Below, piece after piece: positions 27,569 through 37,105 of a stretch of DNA of 64,000 bases. The position numbers and the translations under genes were made by a program. The stretch's first letter is position 1. Each line of letters begins with the position of its first letter. Origin of the DNA: Candidatus Helarchaeota archaeon (GTDB lineage: Archaea; Asgardarchaeota; Lokiarchaeia; Helarchaeales; RDOG01); NCBI GenBank assembly GCA_019058315.1, contig JAHPZH010000001.1:245566-309565 (forward strand). Direction: 5' to 3'. The notes under the pieces were generated by a model. That model saw nothing but the letters and a program-made list of their open reading frames with translations, searched no databases and was not told where the DNA came from.

Positions 27569-28831
27569 TTATATTATTGGTAATAAATTGATACCTTCTG
27601 GTACAACATAAACAGATTTTTTCGAGCCATCATCTAGTAATTTAACTGCTTCTTCAAAATTTTTGGTATATTGAAGTCCTATTTGCTTTAATTCTTCCTT
27701 ATATTGCTCTTGAGTTATAATTATAATTCTTTTTTGTTTAATTTTTGTAAACAAATAAAGAACACAAGCTTCTCCAGGAAGCTCACCTTTTTTTAATAGT
27801 GCTAATAATTCTGCAACTTTTAGGTTCTTTAAAAGTAATTCTTTAAAAGTTTCTGAAGCTGAAATTCCATTTTCTGCAGTTATAAAACAAATAATAGTCC
27901 CATTTTCTTTTGTTAACAAATCTGCTACAAAAAGAGCTTTTAATCCTTTTCCAATAGTTTTATATCGTGGATAGGAAGTTATTATACAGATATCAGCTTT
28001 ATCTTGAATTTCTATTCCATAATGGTCTTTAAAAGAATCTGCACCTTTTTTATGTGCTTCTTTATAATTTCCTGTAAAAACCTCAAATATGTTTCCATAA
28101 TTATCAAGCATTACATTAACGATAAAATCAAGATTTACAAATTTTGCAGCTTCTTCCATGTCCAGTCTAACTTGATTGCCTTCTAAATTACCAAAATATG
28201 AATTGCTATTAATCTTAAATAATAATGAATGATTCAATCTTATAGTTTTTCTTGATGCTACCCCAGGAACTATAATTGCTGCACCTCCACTGAATCCGGT
28301 TAATTCATGAGGCATTATTGTCCCTAATGAAATAATGAAATCTGCATTTACAACTTTTTTATTTATTTCAACTGGCACTTTTGATGTTGTAGTTCCTAAA
28401 AGTTTAAAATCTTTATCTGGATTATGAATAAAAAAAGGGAATTTATCTGGTAAATCTTTAAATTTTGCCTTGATTTCTCGATCATTAGGGGCTGGATGAA
28501 GTCCCTTTCCTACAATTATTTTAATATTGTGATTAGAAATGCCACAATCATTTAATTTTTTAACTAAGATGGAAATTAAATCGTAAACTGGAGTTGGTCT
28601 TGTCTGATCATCAGAAATAATAACAACATTTTTCTTATTTTTTAATAATTCTTCTAATTTTTTTGTTCCAAAGGGGTTATTTAACGAACTTTTAATCACA
28701 TCTGGAATATATCTTTTAGGTCTGTAATACCTAGGAATTAATTCTTGTAGAACTATCCAATTATCAGGAATTTGGATAGAAATATTATTTTTTTCATTTA
28801 ATTTTATGTCAAAATTCTGCTTCTGATCCAT
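27569..28831 (-). CDS. LarA-family nickel-pincer (NPN) racemase/epimerase
   Basis: SDDQTRPTP, GLH, IHNP, PHELTGFSGG, NH, N-x-VR-x-DMEEAA; start more likely ATG 28831 or 28840 than 28915, which overlaps the upstream gene. Confidence 0.82.
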   Translation of the reverse strand: MDQKQNFDIKLNEKNNISIQIPDNWIVLQELIPRYYRPKRYIPDVIKSSLNNPFGTKKLEELLKNKKNVVIISDDQTRPTPVYDLISILVKKLNDCGISNHNIKIIVGKGLHPAPNDREIKAKFKDLPDKFPFFIHNPDKDFKLLGTTTSKVPVEINKKVVNADFIISLGTIMPHELTGFSGGAAIIVPGVASRKTIRLNHSLLFKINSNSYFGNLEGNQVRLDMEEAAKFVNLDFIVNVMLDNYGNIFEVFTGNYKEAHKKGADSFKDHYGIEIQDKADICIITSYPRYKTIGKGLKALFVADLLTKENGTIICFITAENGISASETFKELLLKNLKVAELLALLKKGELPGEACVLYLFTKIKQKRIIIITQEQYKEELKQIGLQYTKNFEEAVKLLDDGSKKSVYVVPEGINLLPII

Positions 28832-28832
28832 T

Positions 28833-29159
28833 TCAATCATTTTCTGCATATGCTTTTTGAGTATATTTGCCACATTTTTCGCAAAATACTTCGCAATCCC
28901 AATATCTATCTCCACTCATGGGATGTACACTAAATTGCGCGGCAATTATCTTCACACCCTTATTCCCACAATGAGCACATCCAAACTTACGAATAAAACG
29001 CTTTAACGGATGTTTCTCCCAAGCTATACCGGTTCCTTTATACCAAGTTTTACCTGATTCTCTAATTTCTTCACATGGTTTATTGTATCTTTTTTTATAA
29101 TCCTTCTCTATTAATCGAGGTTCATCATTTACCCATTCATACATAAAAATCAGTCCCAT
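28833..29159 (-). CDS. Zn-ribbon hypothetical protein (paralogue B)
   Basis: CAHC..CEKC; closely similar to neighbour, both end AYAEND. Confidence 0.75.
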   Translation of the reverse strand: MGLIFMYEWVNDEPRLIEKDYKKRYNKPCEEIRESGKTWYKGTGIAWEKHPLKRFIRKFGCAHCGNKGVKIIAAQFSVHPMSGDRYWDCEVFCEKCGKYTQKAYAEND

Positions 29160-29169
29160 TTTTAGTTAT

Positions 29170-29502
29170 TTAATCATTTTCGGCATAAGCACGCTTTGTG
29201 TATTTGCCACAATCCTCACAATATAATTCACAATCCCAATATGAATCCCCACTGTGATATGAAACCGACCACTGTGCTGCGATAATTTTCGTGTTTTTAC
29301 TTTCACAATTCTTACATTCAGTGCCTGCCCACTCAGGGATATATCCCTTTAAAGGATGATCTTTCCATTCAACTCCTGTACCTAAATACCAATCTTGACC
29401 ATATCTATGAATTTCTTTAATAGGTTCTTTATATTTCGTTTTATAATCCTTTTCAATTAACTGTGGCTCGTCATGAACCCATGACCAGGTCATATAAGTC
29501 AC
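29170..29502 (-). CDS. Zn-ribbon hypothetical protein (paralogue A)
   Basis: CKNC..CEDC; tandem duplicate of 28833-29159. Confidence 0.75.
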   Translation of the reverse strand: MTYMTWSWVHDEPQLIEKDYKTKYKEPIKEIHRYGQDWYLGTGVEWKDHPLKGYIPEWAGTECKNCESKNTKIIAAQWSVSYHSGDSYWDCELYCEDCGKYTKRAYAEND

Positions 29503-29571
29503 TTCGTTCCAGTTATCTAATCTTAATATAAAAAATAAAAAAAGGGATAATATTTAATTTATTCTATATTT

Positions 29572-31482
29572 TCACTGAATAAACTTTGCTTCTTTTTCTA
29601 ATCCAAGTTCTTTTAATCTTTCCACTGTAGGATATCCTTTTGCATCCCATTTATTTTCCTTAAAATATTCTTGCAATTGTGTTTCAATATCAGGGACGAC
29701 ATTTGCAGTAGAACCGGTTTTAAGAGGTTCCAGTAATTTCTTAGGTAATACATCGTCTTTTGCGCTTATTCCACATCTAATATTATATAATCTCTTGAGT
29801 GTGTTTATTCTTCCACCGCATTTGTAAATGAGATCTTTAAAGTCATAATCAAATTTGGGTCCTGCTGTGGCTTTTAATAAACGACAAGTATCAGTTGAAC
29901 CATAAACCAGTGCTGCGAATTGACAAACGATTATCGAGTTGAAAATGGCGTGGACTTCTTGTATCTTCTTATCAATGATGCCTTTGCCTTTATTTACAAA
30001 TCTACTGGTTTTATAAGAAATACCTAGAACCGGAAGTATCATTCCTTGCGAAACTGAACTTGGCAAACCATTCACATGACATGCGCCTCGATTTGAAGTT
30101 GCGTATTGTACGCCCATTGAGACAAAAGCTCTAGGATCATGAGCTGGTACTTCCAAACCTTTGACTTGAATTGCGTAATCTGATGAATTCTTGCCTATCT
30201 CTTCCGCTGCTTTGCGAGTTCCCTCAGCTAATACTTTCCCAAAACCCTCTTTTTTAGCGATCAATTCAGTTAATTTGACGATAGCTTCAGCATTTCCCCA
30301 TGTAAGGTCCAAGCCGCCAGTATCCTCCTTTGTAATTATTCCTTTTTCGTATAAGTCCATTGCGAATGATATTGTTCCACCTACTGAAATAGTATCTAGT
30401 CCATATCTATTACAAATATCATTGGCTTTACAAATGGATTCTAAATTATCATTTAAACAATTTGTACCCAACATTGCCAAAGTCTCGTATTCGGGAGCAT
30501 GTCCCTTTATACCTTTGTATGGTCCTTCATCAACCTCTATCTCGCATCCACAAGCTATGCTACAGCCATAACACGCATATAATCGCTTTTTATATTTGTC
30601 TCTAAGTGAACTTCCTGCTAGACGATTTGTTAATATAAAAGGTTCAATACCTTTTTCATCAGCCCAATCGTGAACGGAAGCTCCCCAATTTTTAAAGGGT
30701 ATATCACCAAGAACCCAGAACGCGTCTAGAAACGTCGCAGTGCCATATGATTTAAGTATATTAACCATAGGACTCATATTCATTTTACTATACAGACTTT
30801 TATTTGCTTTTTTAAGTAAATCTTTGTCAGCAATCTCTACTTTATTGGTGCCTCTACATGCGATTGCTTTAAGCTTTTTCGATCCCATTACTGCTCCCAT
30901 TCCAGTTCTTCCAGCAGCTCTTCCCAAGTCATTTATAACTGCTGCCATTTTAACTTGTTTTTCACCAGCAGGTCCTATAGAAGCAGTTCTAATTTTATTA
31001 TCACCCAATTCCTTTTGGATTTTAGCTTCTGTCTCAAAGGTATCTATACCCCAAAGTGAGCTTGCATTTTTTAATTCGACTTCTCCATCGTGAATCCATA
31101 AATATTTCGGGGCCTCAGCTATTCCCTCAATGATGACACCATCAAATCCCGAAAATTTCAACTCAGGTCCCCAAAAACCGCCACTACATGCCTCACCAAA
31201 AATATTTGTCAAAGGAGATTTAGCTGCTACCATATATCTTCCAGTACTTGGAGAGGGAGTTCCTACAAGTGGACCTGTGAAAAAACAAAGTTTATTTTGT
31301 TCTGACAAGGCATCAATTTCGGGTGGTACTTCATCGTATATGTATTTAATCCCAAAACCAGAACCTCCTATATAATCTCTAGCGAAGTCTAGATCTAAAT
31401 CTTCAATTTTAATATCATCAGATGATAAATTTACTCTAATTATTTTGCCGATATAACCCGTTATATTTCCCAACAAGATCAC
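29572..31482 (-). CDS. aor: Tungsten aldehyde:ferredoxin oxidoreductase family protein
   Basis: AKSPLT, IGPAGE, AAGRTGMGAVMGSKKLKAI, C-x2-C-x3-C (CYGCSIAC), PEYET, GLDTIS, RGACH. Confidence 0.93.
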   Translation of the reverse strand: MILLGNITGYIGKIIRVNLSSDDIKIEDLDLDFARDYIGGSGFGIKYIYDEVPPEIDALSEQNKLCFFTGPLVGTPSPSTGRYMVAAKSPLTNIFGEACSGGFWGPELKFSGFDGVIIEGIAEAPKYLWIHDGEVELKNASSLWGIDTFETEAKIQKELGDNKIRTASIGPAGEKQVKMAAVINDLGRAAGRTGMGAVMGSKKLKAIACRGTNKVEIADKDLLKKANKSLYSKMNMSPMVNILKSYGTATFLDAFWVLGDIPFKNWGASVHDWADEKGIEPFILTNRLAGSSLRDKYKKRLYACYGCSIACGCEIEVDEGPYKGIKGHAPEYETLAMLGTNCLNDNLESICKANDICNRYGLDTISVGGTISFAMDLYEKGIITKEDTGGLDLTWGNAEAIVKLTELIAKKEGFGKVLAEGTRKAAEEIGKNSSDYAIQVKGLEVPAHDPRAFVSMGVQYATSNRGACHVNGLPSSVSQGMILPVLGISYKTSRFVNKGKGIIDKKIQEVHAIFNSIIVCQFAALVYGSTDTCRLLKATAGPKFDYDFKDLIYKCGGRINTLKRLYNIRCGISAKDDVLPKKLLEPLKTGSTANVVPDIETQLQEYFKENKWDAKGYPTVERLKELGLEKEAKFIQ

Positions 31483-32834
31483 CTTTCCACATATTCGGTC
31501 ATATCAATTCTATTAGGATTTCTTTTAAATCCACCATCTTCTGCATTTGGATTGGGAAGTGGATTTTTTAAGGCATATAACCTTCTCAACACACGTCCAG
31601 CAATACCACTATCTGGGAGTAGACCACCTTCCTCCATTTTAGGAACTTCTTGAGGAATAACATTTCGAAGCCTATATTCTTTGATACCTAATCCGTTTTT
31701 TACTGCAGACATGATTTGAATGTTTTCGCTTACTCCTACTAAAGAACCACAAGCTGCCATTTTAGGAATTCCTGCGTTAATGACATCTTTTGACTCAGCT
31801 ACACTATTCGGAGTTCCCTCGGATTCTGTGATTGCATCGAGACAAGCAACATCTATTGCTACAGGATCTCCTACAGATGCGAATATGCCGATATTTGGAA
31901 CTATTGGAACATCGGTCCATGGTATACAATCACACCAAGGACTAACATCGATAGCCATATTGATAAAACCCACGTTCTCTTTACCTACTAAGTTCATAAA
32001 TGCTTTTGCTGAATCGGAAATTCCTATTGCTGCGGTCTCTAATCCATCAAGAATTTCTAGACTCAAAAATACACCACATCCCATCGTTCCAAATAAATGA
32101 GCCGTACAACCAATACATTTTTCTTTTTCCCAGTGAACCCCATTTTCATCGATTTTTATTGCATCCATAGGACATATTGACATACATCTTTCAGCATTTG
32201 GACATTTAAGACCTAAACAAAGAATAGGATTATAAGAATAGGTATGTAAACCGTATTTTGGGTGCCTACCACCGTGTAGATTTAGTTTTCCACGTTGGGA
32301 AGCACAGCCCACCCCGATATTTTTTATTGCACCGCCAAACGTTCCCAAAGGATGACCCTTAAAATGGCTCAAGACAATAACCGCTGAAGCCATAGCAAAT
32401 CCACTTGCAATATATTGTTCCTTTAAAAAGATTCCTTCGGGTAAATCTACTCGAATATCGTCCTGACCGAAACCATCTGCGATTACTATCGGACAACCAC
32501 AACTCTCAGCTGTAAACCCATTTCTTGCAGCAGTCTTTAAATGATCAATTGGATTTGTTCGCCCTGCCCAAGGAGTATATGGCAGCGTGCATGTATCCGT
32601 TACAAATGGTATTCCTTTATATTGTTTTATCTTTTCTGCTATCACTCTGACATAAACTGGTCGCAAATATCCTGTATTATTATATTCTCCCATGTGTAGT
32701 TTAATGGCTACATATTCACCTTCGTTAAATAAATTCTGAAACTTTGCCGCGTCAAATAAAGCTGCAACTTTTGCTGCTAAGGAATGATTCATATGTTGTG
32801 CTCTAGCATCCATAAAATATACTGTTTTTTCCAA
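31479..32834 (-). CDS. DUF362 Fe-S protein with ferredoxin-like insert
   Basis: VAIKLHMGE, SHFKGH..FGGAIKNIGVGCAS, Cys clusters, SPWCDC, DPVAIDVAC; 4-nt overlap with aor. Confidence 0.85.
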   Translation of the reverse strand: MEKTVYFMDARAQHMNHSLAAKVAALFDAAKFQNLFNEGEYVAIKLHMGEYNNTGYLRPVYVRVIAEKIKQYKGIPFVTDTCTLPYTPWAGRTNPIDHLKTAARNGFTAESCGCPIVIADGFGQDDIRVDLPEGIFLKEQYIASGFAMASAVIVLSHFKGHPLGTFGGAIKNIGVGCASQRGKLNLHGGRHPKYGLHTYSYNPILCLGLKCPNAERCMSICPMDAIKIDENGVHWEKEKCIGCTAHLFGTMGCGVFLSLEILDGLETAAIGISDSAKAFMNLVGKENVGFINMAIDVSPWCDCIPWTDVPIVPNIGIFASVGDPVAIDVACLDAITESEGTPNSVAESKDVINAGIPKMAACGSLVGVSENIQIMSAVKNGLGIKEYRLRNVIPQEVPKMEEGGLLPDSGIAGRVLRRLYALKNPLPNPNAEDGGFKRNPNRIDMTEYVER

Positions 32835-32965
32835 TTTTTTGCCCTCATTAATAATTCCATCAAAATTATTTATTTTATTATTTAATTATAGTTAGATGTA
32901 AAATTGATTTAAAGTTTGTAGTTAAATAACCATAAATGGAATTTTAATTCTGTAAAAAGGAGAAT

Positions 32966-33526
32966 TCAATTATTTTGCATATTCTTTTCTTTTCTGAACT
33001 GTCTCGAATATATTAACGCTATAGTTTGAATGATAATTCCAGGTATTATCATCCAATAAAGAGTGGGAATTCCTAAGAACCAATGAGCATGAATACGATG
33101 AGCATAATCATAAAATTTATCAAGACCCCAAATAACATAACATCCAAAATCTTCCATTACACCAAATGTCATCCAATCTCCAATTAAAAGAAGCAAATAA
33201 AGACTTGCTTCCTTTGAATATTCTTTTCCAAAGGGAACATAACCCTCTTCTCGACTCTGCGCATAGATAAACATAGTTAAGAAAGTTAATGGAATGATAA
33301 AAGTCTGCATCAGTCCCCAAAAACCATAGTGCCAATTGTCCCCCCCATAAACGATAAAAATATCTCCTGGATTCCATAATGGAGACTCCCAAATGCTGAC
33401 TGAAACATAAATTGAACCATGAAAGAAAAATGTAATAGCGAAGCCAATGTGGCATTTGTAAAATATGATTATAGAAATACACCCCAACAATCCCATAAAT
33501 AGAAAGGCAAATAACCAAGAATCCAT
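32966..33526 (-). CDS. Hypothetical integral membrane protein
   Basis: About 5 TM; conserved-looking HY, ED and H-x-HW..GIP..YW residues; GGAG SD. Confidence 0.65.
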   Translation of the reverse strand: MDSWLFAFLFMGLLGCISIIIFYKCHIGFAITFFFHGSIYVSVSIWESPLWNPGDIFIVYGGDNWHYGFWGLMQTFIIPLTFLTMFIYAQSREEGYVPFGKEYSKEASLYLLLLIGDWMTFGVMEDFGCYVIWGLDKFYDYAHRIHAHWFLGIPTLYWMIIPGIIIQTIALIYSRQFRKEKNMQNN

Positions 33527-33586
33527 TATAAAATCTCCTGATAGAAATTCGAATTTAAAGGAATATTAAATTTTTGATTTAGCAAA

Positions 33587-34282
33587 TTATCTTTTTTCTA
33601 GCCTTGTATTATACTCTTTTTCTATCTCTTCAATAAATTTTAATATAGTTTCATCTTTAAAATCGTATTTATTTTTTAAGCTTCCCAATAAAGAGCGAAT
33701 ATGAATCAAACCTGATAATTCTTTATCACAAGTTCTACCAAAACGCGGAGCTCTACATTCATGGCACACATGAATAGCAAAATCTTGTAAGTTTGTTGGA
33801 CTGATTTCTTTTAATTTAATAAAATTTGGCCCTACCTTTGAAGAACCACAAGGCGAACTCCGAATTATTTCAATTTTTTTTATCTTTTTTTCTTGTTCAT
33901 CTAATTCACACACATATTTAGGACGACCAAAATAATGAGCAAATGTATCAATTTCAAATATTCCTGTATTTGGTTCAAGAGAACACATTGTTGGAAATGC
34001 GAGGACTTCCTGATTTATTTCATGAATTTGTTTAAAAAACCCAGCACCAAAACTTATCCCTAATAATGTGGGCTTCCCCAATTCTGCAAGTGCTATTACT
34101 TGATCAGGATGTCTTAAGTAAGATATGTAGAGATCACATTCAGGAATCTCTAATTTATAATCGTCTAAAATTTGAGAAGAAGAAATTTCTTCTACTTGTA
34201 TCCATTCACAAGAAAATATCCGCTGAATGTTCTCAAAGGCACGTTCCCCGTATTTTCCATCGGTAACGATGCCTATTTTCAT
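33587..34282 (-). CDS. DUF166 family protein
   Basis: GKYGERA, HPD, P-x-MCSL, FGRP, RSSPCGSS, CRAPR motifs. Confidence 0.72.
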   Translation of the reverse strand: MKIGIVTDGKYGERAFENIQRIFSCEWIQVEEISSSQILDDYKLEIPECDLYISYLRHPDQVIALAELGKPTLLGISFGAGFFKQIHEINQEVLAFPTMCSLEPNTGIFEIDTFAHYFGRPKYVCELDEQEKKIKKIEIIRSSPCGSSKVGPNFIKLKEISPTNLQDFAIHVCHECRAPRFGRTCDKELSGLIHIRSLLGSLKNKYDFKDETILKFIEEIEKEYNTRLEKR

Positions 34283-34283
34283 T

Positions 34284-34637
34284 TTATACTTCCTTTAAAC
34301 TATTTAAAATATGTTTTGTTGAGTCATTGAGCTTATAGAATTTCCACTTAGATTGTAGGTATGTGCTAACGAGACCACTACCTTTCATAACCGAAAGATG
34401 GTGGGAAATTAAGTTAGGTTTTTTATTTAACTGTTCAATCAGTTCACAAACACAATGATCCCTTAAAAGTAGTAGAAAAGCAATTTTTAAGCGAATAGGG
34501 TGGGATAAAGCGTGAAATGCTGAACCTAACTCGTCCAAAACCTCTTCGGGCGGTATATCTTCTAACTCTTTCAACAATTCTAACCTTAATTCTTCTTTTG
34601 TTTTAGGATCAGTTGCACAGCATGGATGTTGGTTCAT
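34284..34637 (-). CDS. ArsR/SmtB family metalloregulator
   Basis: FHALSHPIRLKI..CVCEL..ISHHLSVMK..GLV; N-terminal HPCC. Confidence 0.9.
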   Translation of the reverse strand: MNQHPCCATDPKTKEELRLELLKELEDIPPEEVLDELGSAFHALSHPIRLKIAFLLLLRDHCVCELIEQLNKKPNLISHHLSVMKGSGLVSTYLQSKWKFYKLNDSTKHILNSLKEV

Positions 34638-34672
34638 ACTTAGATATTATCTTCAACTTATTTAAGTCATTG

Positions 34673-34701
34673 ATTTTGAATTCAAAATTTTTTGAATTTA
34701 A
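34673..34701. promoter_or_regulatory. Candidate ArsR operator (overlapping inverted repeats)
   Basis: Perfect ATTTTGAATTCAAAAT (34673-34688) overlapping imperfect 12-2-12 TTGAATTCAAAA-TT-TTTTGAATTTAA (34676-34701), 36-64 nt upstream of the ArsR start. Confidence 0.45.
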
Positions 34702-34727
34702 ATATACAAGTAAAAAACAAGAAAAAA

Positions 34728-35297
34728 TTAATTAGAATCATGCATTACAAATTTAAATTCACAAATATCGTCCCCTTCTGAGATACGCTTTAATGGTATT
34801 ATTTCACCATTAATACCAGCAGCCTCTAACCATCCTCTATGTCTGAAATTACAAGCACATTCATATTCCGATTCACCTTTTGATTTTTGTACCATTTGCC
34901 ATATGAAGCACTTTTTAACGATGCCTAAGCCCTCTTTATCAGAATTTATGACAAATTTAAACTTCATTATTTTAGGAAAATAAGCATCCATTATAGTATT
35001 CATGAGTTTGAATATTTCCGGCATTGTTTTTATGTCTCCTTTGCTGATGTTTAGAGCATTCATAATGTGTCGGGCTTCGATTTTCCCCATAGCTAATAGA
35101 GTTTTTTGATTTAGCTCATTTGCTTTCTTAAAACCTAGTTCACTTTTACATTTTAAAAACCATTGAGCATCATGTTGTGCCCAACACATTTGTAAAATGA
35201 ATTTTTGAGTATCTAAGGATAATTTATATTTTTCTTTAATTTTCTTTTTGGAAAAATTCTCATTATTTCTCTCAACTATTGAAGATCTTCCAATCAT
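34728..35297 (-). CDS. DUF6125/V4R-like small ligand-binding protein
   Basis: W-x-x-HDAQWF, KKCFIW..Y-x-CAC..RGW..GDDICEF. Confidence 0.65.
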   Translation of the reverse strand: MIGRSSIVERNNENFSKKKIKEKYKLSLDTQKFILQMCWAQHDAQWFLKCKSELGFKKANELNQKTLLAMGKIEARHIMNALNISKGDIKTMPEIFKLMNTIMDAYFPKIMKFKFVINSDKEGLGIVKKCFIWQMVQKSKGESEYECACNFRHRGWLEAAGINGEIIPLKRISEGDDICEFKFVMHDSN

Positions 35298-35352
35298 TAT
35301 AAGAATCTCCTTTTCAATTTAATAATATTTACCCTATAAATCCTAATATTGA

Positions 35353-35394
35353 TTTTCGATCGAAAACAACTTTTTTTTAGTTGTAGTTCTACAA
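35353..35394. promoter_or_regulatory. Two palindromes in the divergent promoter of the TrmB gene
   Basis: TTTTCGATCGAAAA (35353-35366) and TTGTAG-TT-CTACAA (35381-35394). Confidence 0.45.
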
Positions 35395-35403
35395 TATTTT
35401 ATA

Positions 35404-36300
35404 ATGTCAAATAATTTAACCTATGAATTGAAAGAATTTTTAAAAAGTGGAAAGCTTTCGAATTACGAAATAAAAGCATATTTAGCAATGTTAGAATTTA
35501 ATGATTTAACTGCGAAAGAAATTAGCCAAAAGTCAAGAGTCCCTGCTGGTAGAATTTATGAAGTTTTAGAGGAACTAAAAATAAAGGGCTTGATCGAAAT
35601 TCAAGAGTCGAGACCAAAAAAATATAGAAAAATCCATCCAAATAAAGCTTTATATAATCTTATTTCGCATTTTGCAGATGAGAATAGGAAAAGAATGACT
35701 TATTTAACCAATCAAGCCAAAAATTTGGAATCTCAATTAAAAAATTCTAAACTTTTTACCAAAGAAGACTCTTCGAGGATTTTTTGGTCGACAGCTTTTG
35801 GTTGGAAGTCTGTTTTCGATTTATACTTAAAAAAGTTCAGTGAAATGCAAGAAGAACTACTTATGACTGGTTTTATAGATAATAATACAATAAAAATTCT
35901 ACATTTTGCTAAGCCTTTCTATTTAGGTATTAAAAGGTTAATAGATCGAGGTATTTCTGTGAAATATCTTTGGTGCTTTGACCATGATCAAAGAGCTATC
36001 TCAGAAGACCTTAAAATAAAAAATGAGACACTTTATGATAAATTAATGAAAAGGTTTAAAGAATTATACGATTTTACTCCAAATCCAAATCTAGAAGTAA
36101 AGTTTATACATAATAGGATCCCAACTTATTTTGATATTCTAGATAAGAGAAGAATAATAATAAAACTCCAAGATCCATTACAACCACATAGAATTTTCTC
36201 CGCGTTAAATGTGTTAGACCCAAATCTGGCAAGGGAGTTAAGAAATAAATTCTTTGAAATTTGGCTTTTTGTAGCTAATGAAGGAAATATCTCTTTATAA
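35404..36300 (+). CDS. TrmB family transcriptional regulator
   Basis: LSNYEIKAYLAML..TAKEISQKSRVPAGRIYEVLEELKIKGLI..RPKKY; C-terminal PLD-like effector domain. Confidence 0.9.
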   Translation: MSNNLTYELKEFLKSGKLSNYEIKAYLAMLEFNDLTAKEISQKSRVPAGRIYEVLEELKIKGLIEIQESRPKKYRKIHPNKALYNLISHFADENRKRMTYLTNQAKNLESQLKNSKLFTKEDSSRIFWSTAFGWKSVFDLYLKKFSEMQEELLMTGFIDNNTIKILHFAKPFYLGIKRLIDRGISVKYLWCFDHDQRAISEDLKIKNETLYDKLMKRFKELYDFTPNPNLEVKFIHNRIPTYFDILDKRRIIIKLQDPLQPHRIFSALNVLDPNLARELRNKFFEIWLFVANEGNISL

Positions 36301-36551
36301 AAACTTAAATCAAAAATTGGGAGAAGAAACAGAAACAAAACCTCGAAATTAATTAAAATTGATTCAAATAATAATTGAATTATTTATATTTTTTCTTAAG
36401 CTGATATTATTTTAATACCTGTGATTAACGAAAGAATTACATCATAGTATATACATTATGATCGAGTGCAAAAATTAAAAAAAGAAAGAAATCATATTTC
36501 TTTTTACCTTTTAAAAACATAAAAATTTAAAATAAAAAAGAAGGTAAAAAA

Positions 36552-36929
36552 ATGGCAATTGAGGATATTCAGACATTTGTTTTTGGAATAATAATTATGG
36601 TTCTTGTGATAGTAGGGATAATCATTGGCGTGGCAGTAGTTGAAAATCCGACACTAATGGAGATATTGGATAATCTTGCTGCAGTTATTTATATTAATGC
36701 TGGACTTGTGCTCTTATTGGGTGGTGTATGGAAAAGCAAGACCTTAATAACCGTTGGATTTATTTTAACGTTATGTGCATCAGGAATCCTTATACCAGGC
36801 TTTACATTCTCGATTTTCTATGCACCATATGATACTGCTAGCGTAATCGGTGCTATTATTTTGCTTTGTTTTGTAGGTACTGGTTTAGTCCTTGCAATCA
36901 TATCCTTTGTTAATGTCCAAAAAGAATAA
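36552..36929 (+). CDS. Small 4-TM membrane protein
   Basis: Four hydrophobic helices; AAGGT SD; oligo-T downstream. Confidence 0.7.
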   Translation: MAIEDIQTFVFGIIIMVLVIVGIIIGVAVVENPTLMEILDNLAAVIYINAGLVLLLGGVWKSKTLITVGFILTLCASGILIPGFTFSIFYAPYDTASVIGAIILLCFVGTGLVLAIISFVNVQKE

Positions 36930-36931
36930 TC

Positions 36932-36949
36932 CTTTCTCTCTTTTTTTTT
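36932..36949 (+). terminator. Archaeal pyrimidine/oligo-T terminator
   Basis: CTTTCTCTC followed by a T9 run right after the stop codon. Confidence 0.4.
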
Positions 36950-37105
36950 GTAATGCTTGTTAAAAACCATAAGATAATTTTTCTGAACTATATTCTTTTA
37001 GAAGCTTTGAATAATCAACGATAAACTAATTGAAATAGTATTAATGTAATTTATTACAAATAGATCAAATTCGTTATTTAAAATTGATAAAAATAAACTA
37101 AAGAA

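Noticed and set aside
28833-28835. TGA stop as possible selenocysteine (Asgard archaea use Sec)
   Set aside because: The paralogue ends at the same residue with TAA; I saw no Cys-aligned in-frame TGA or convincing SECIS in the window
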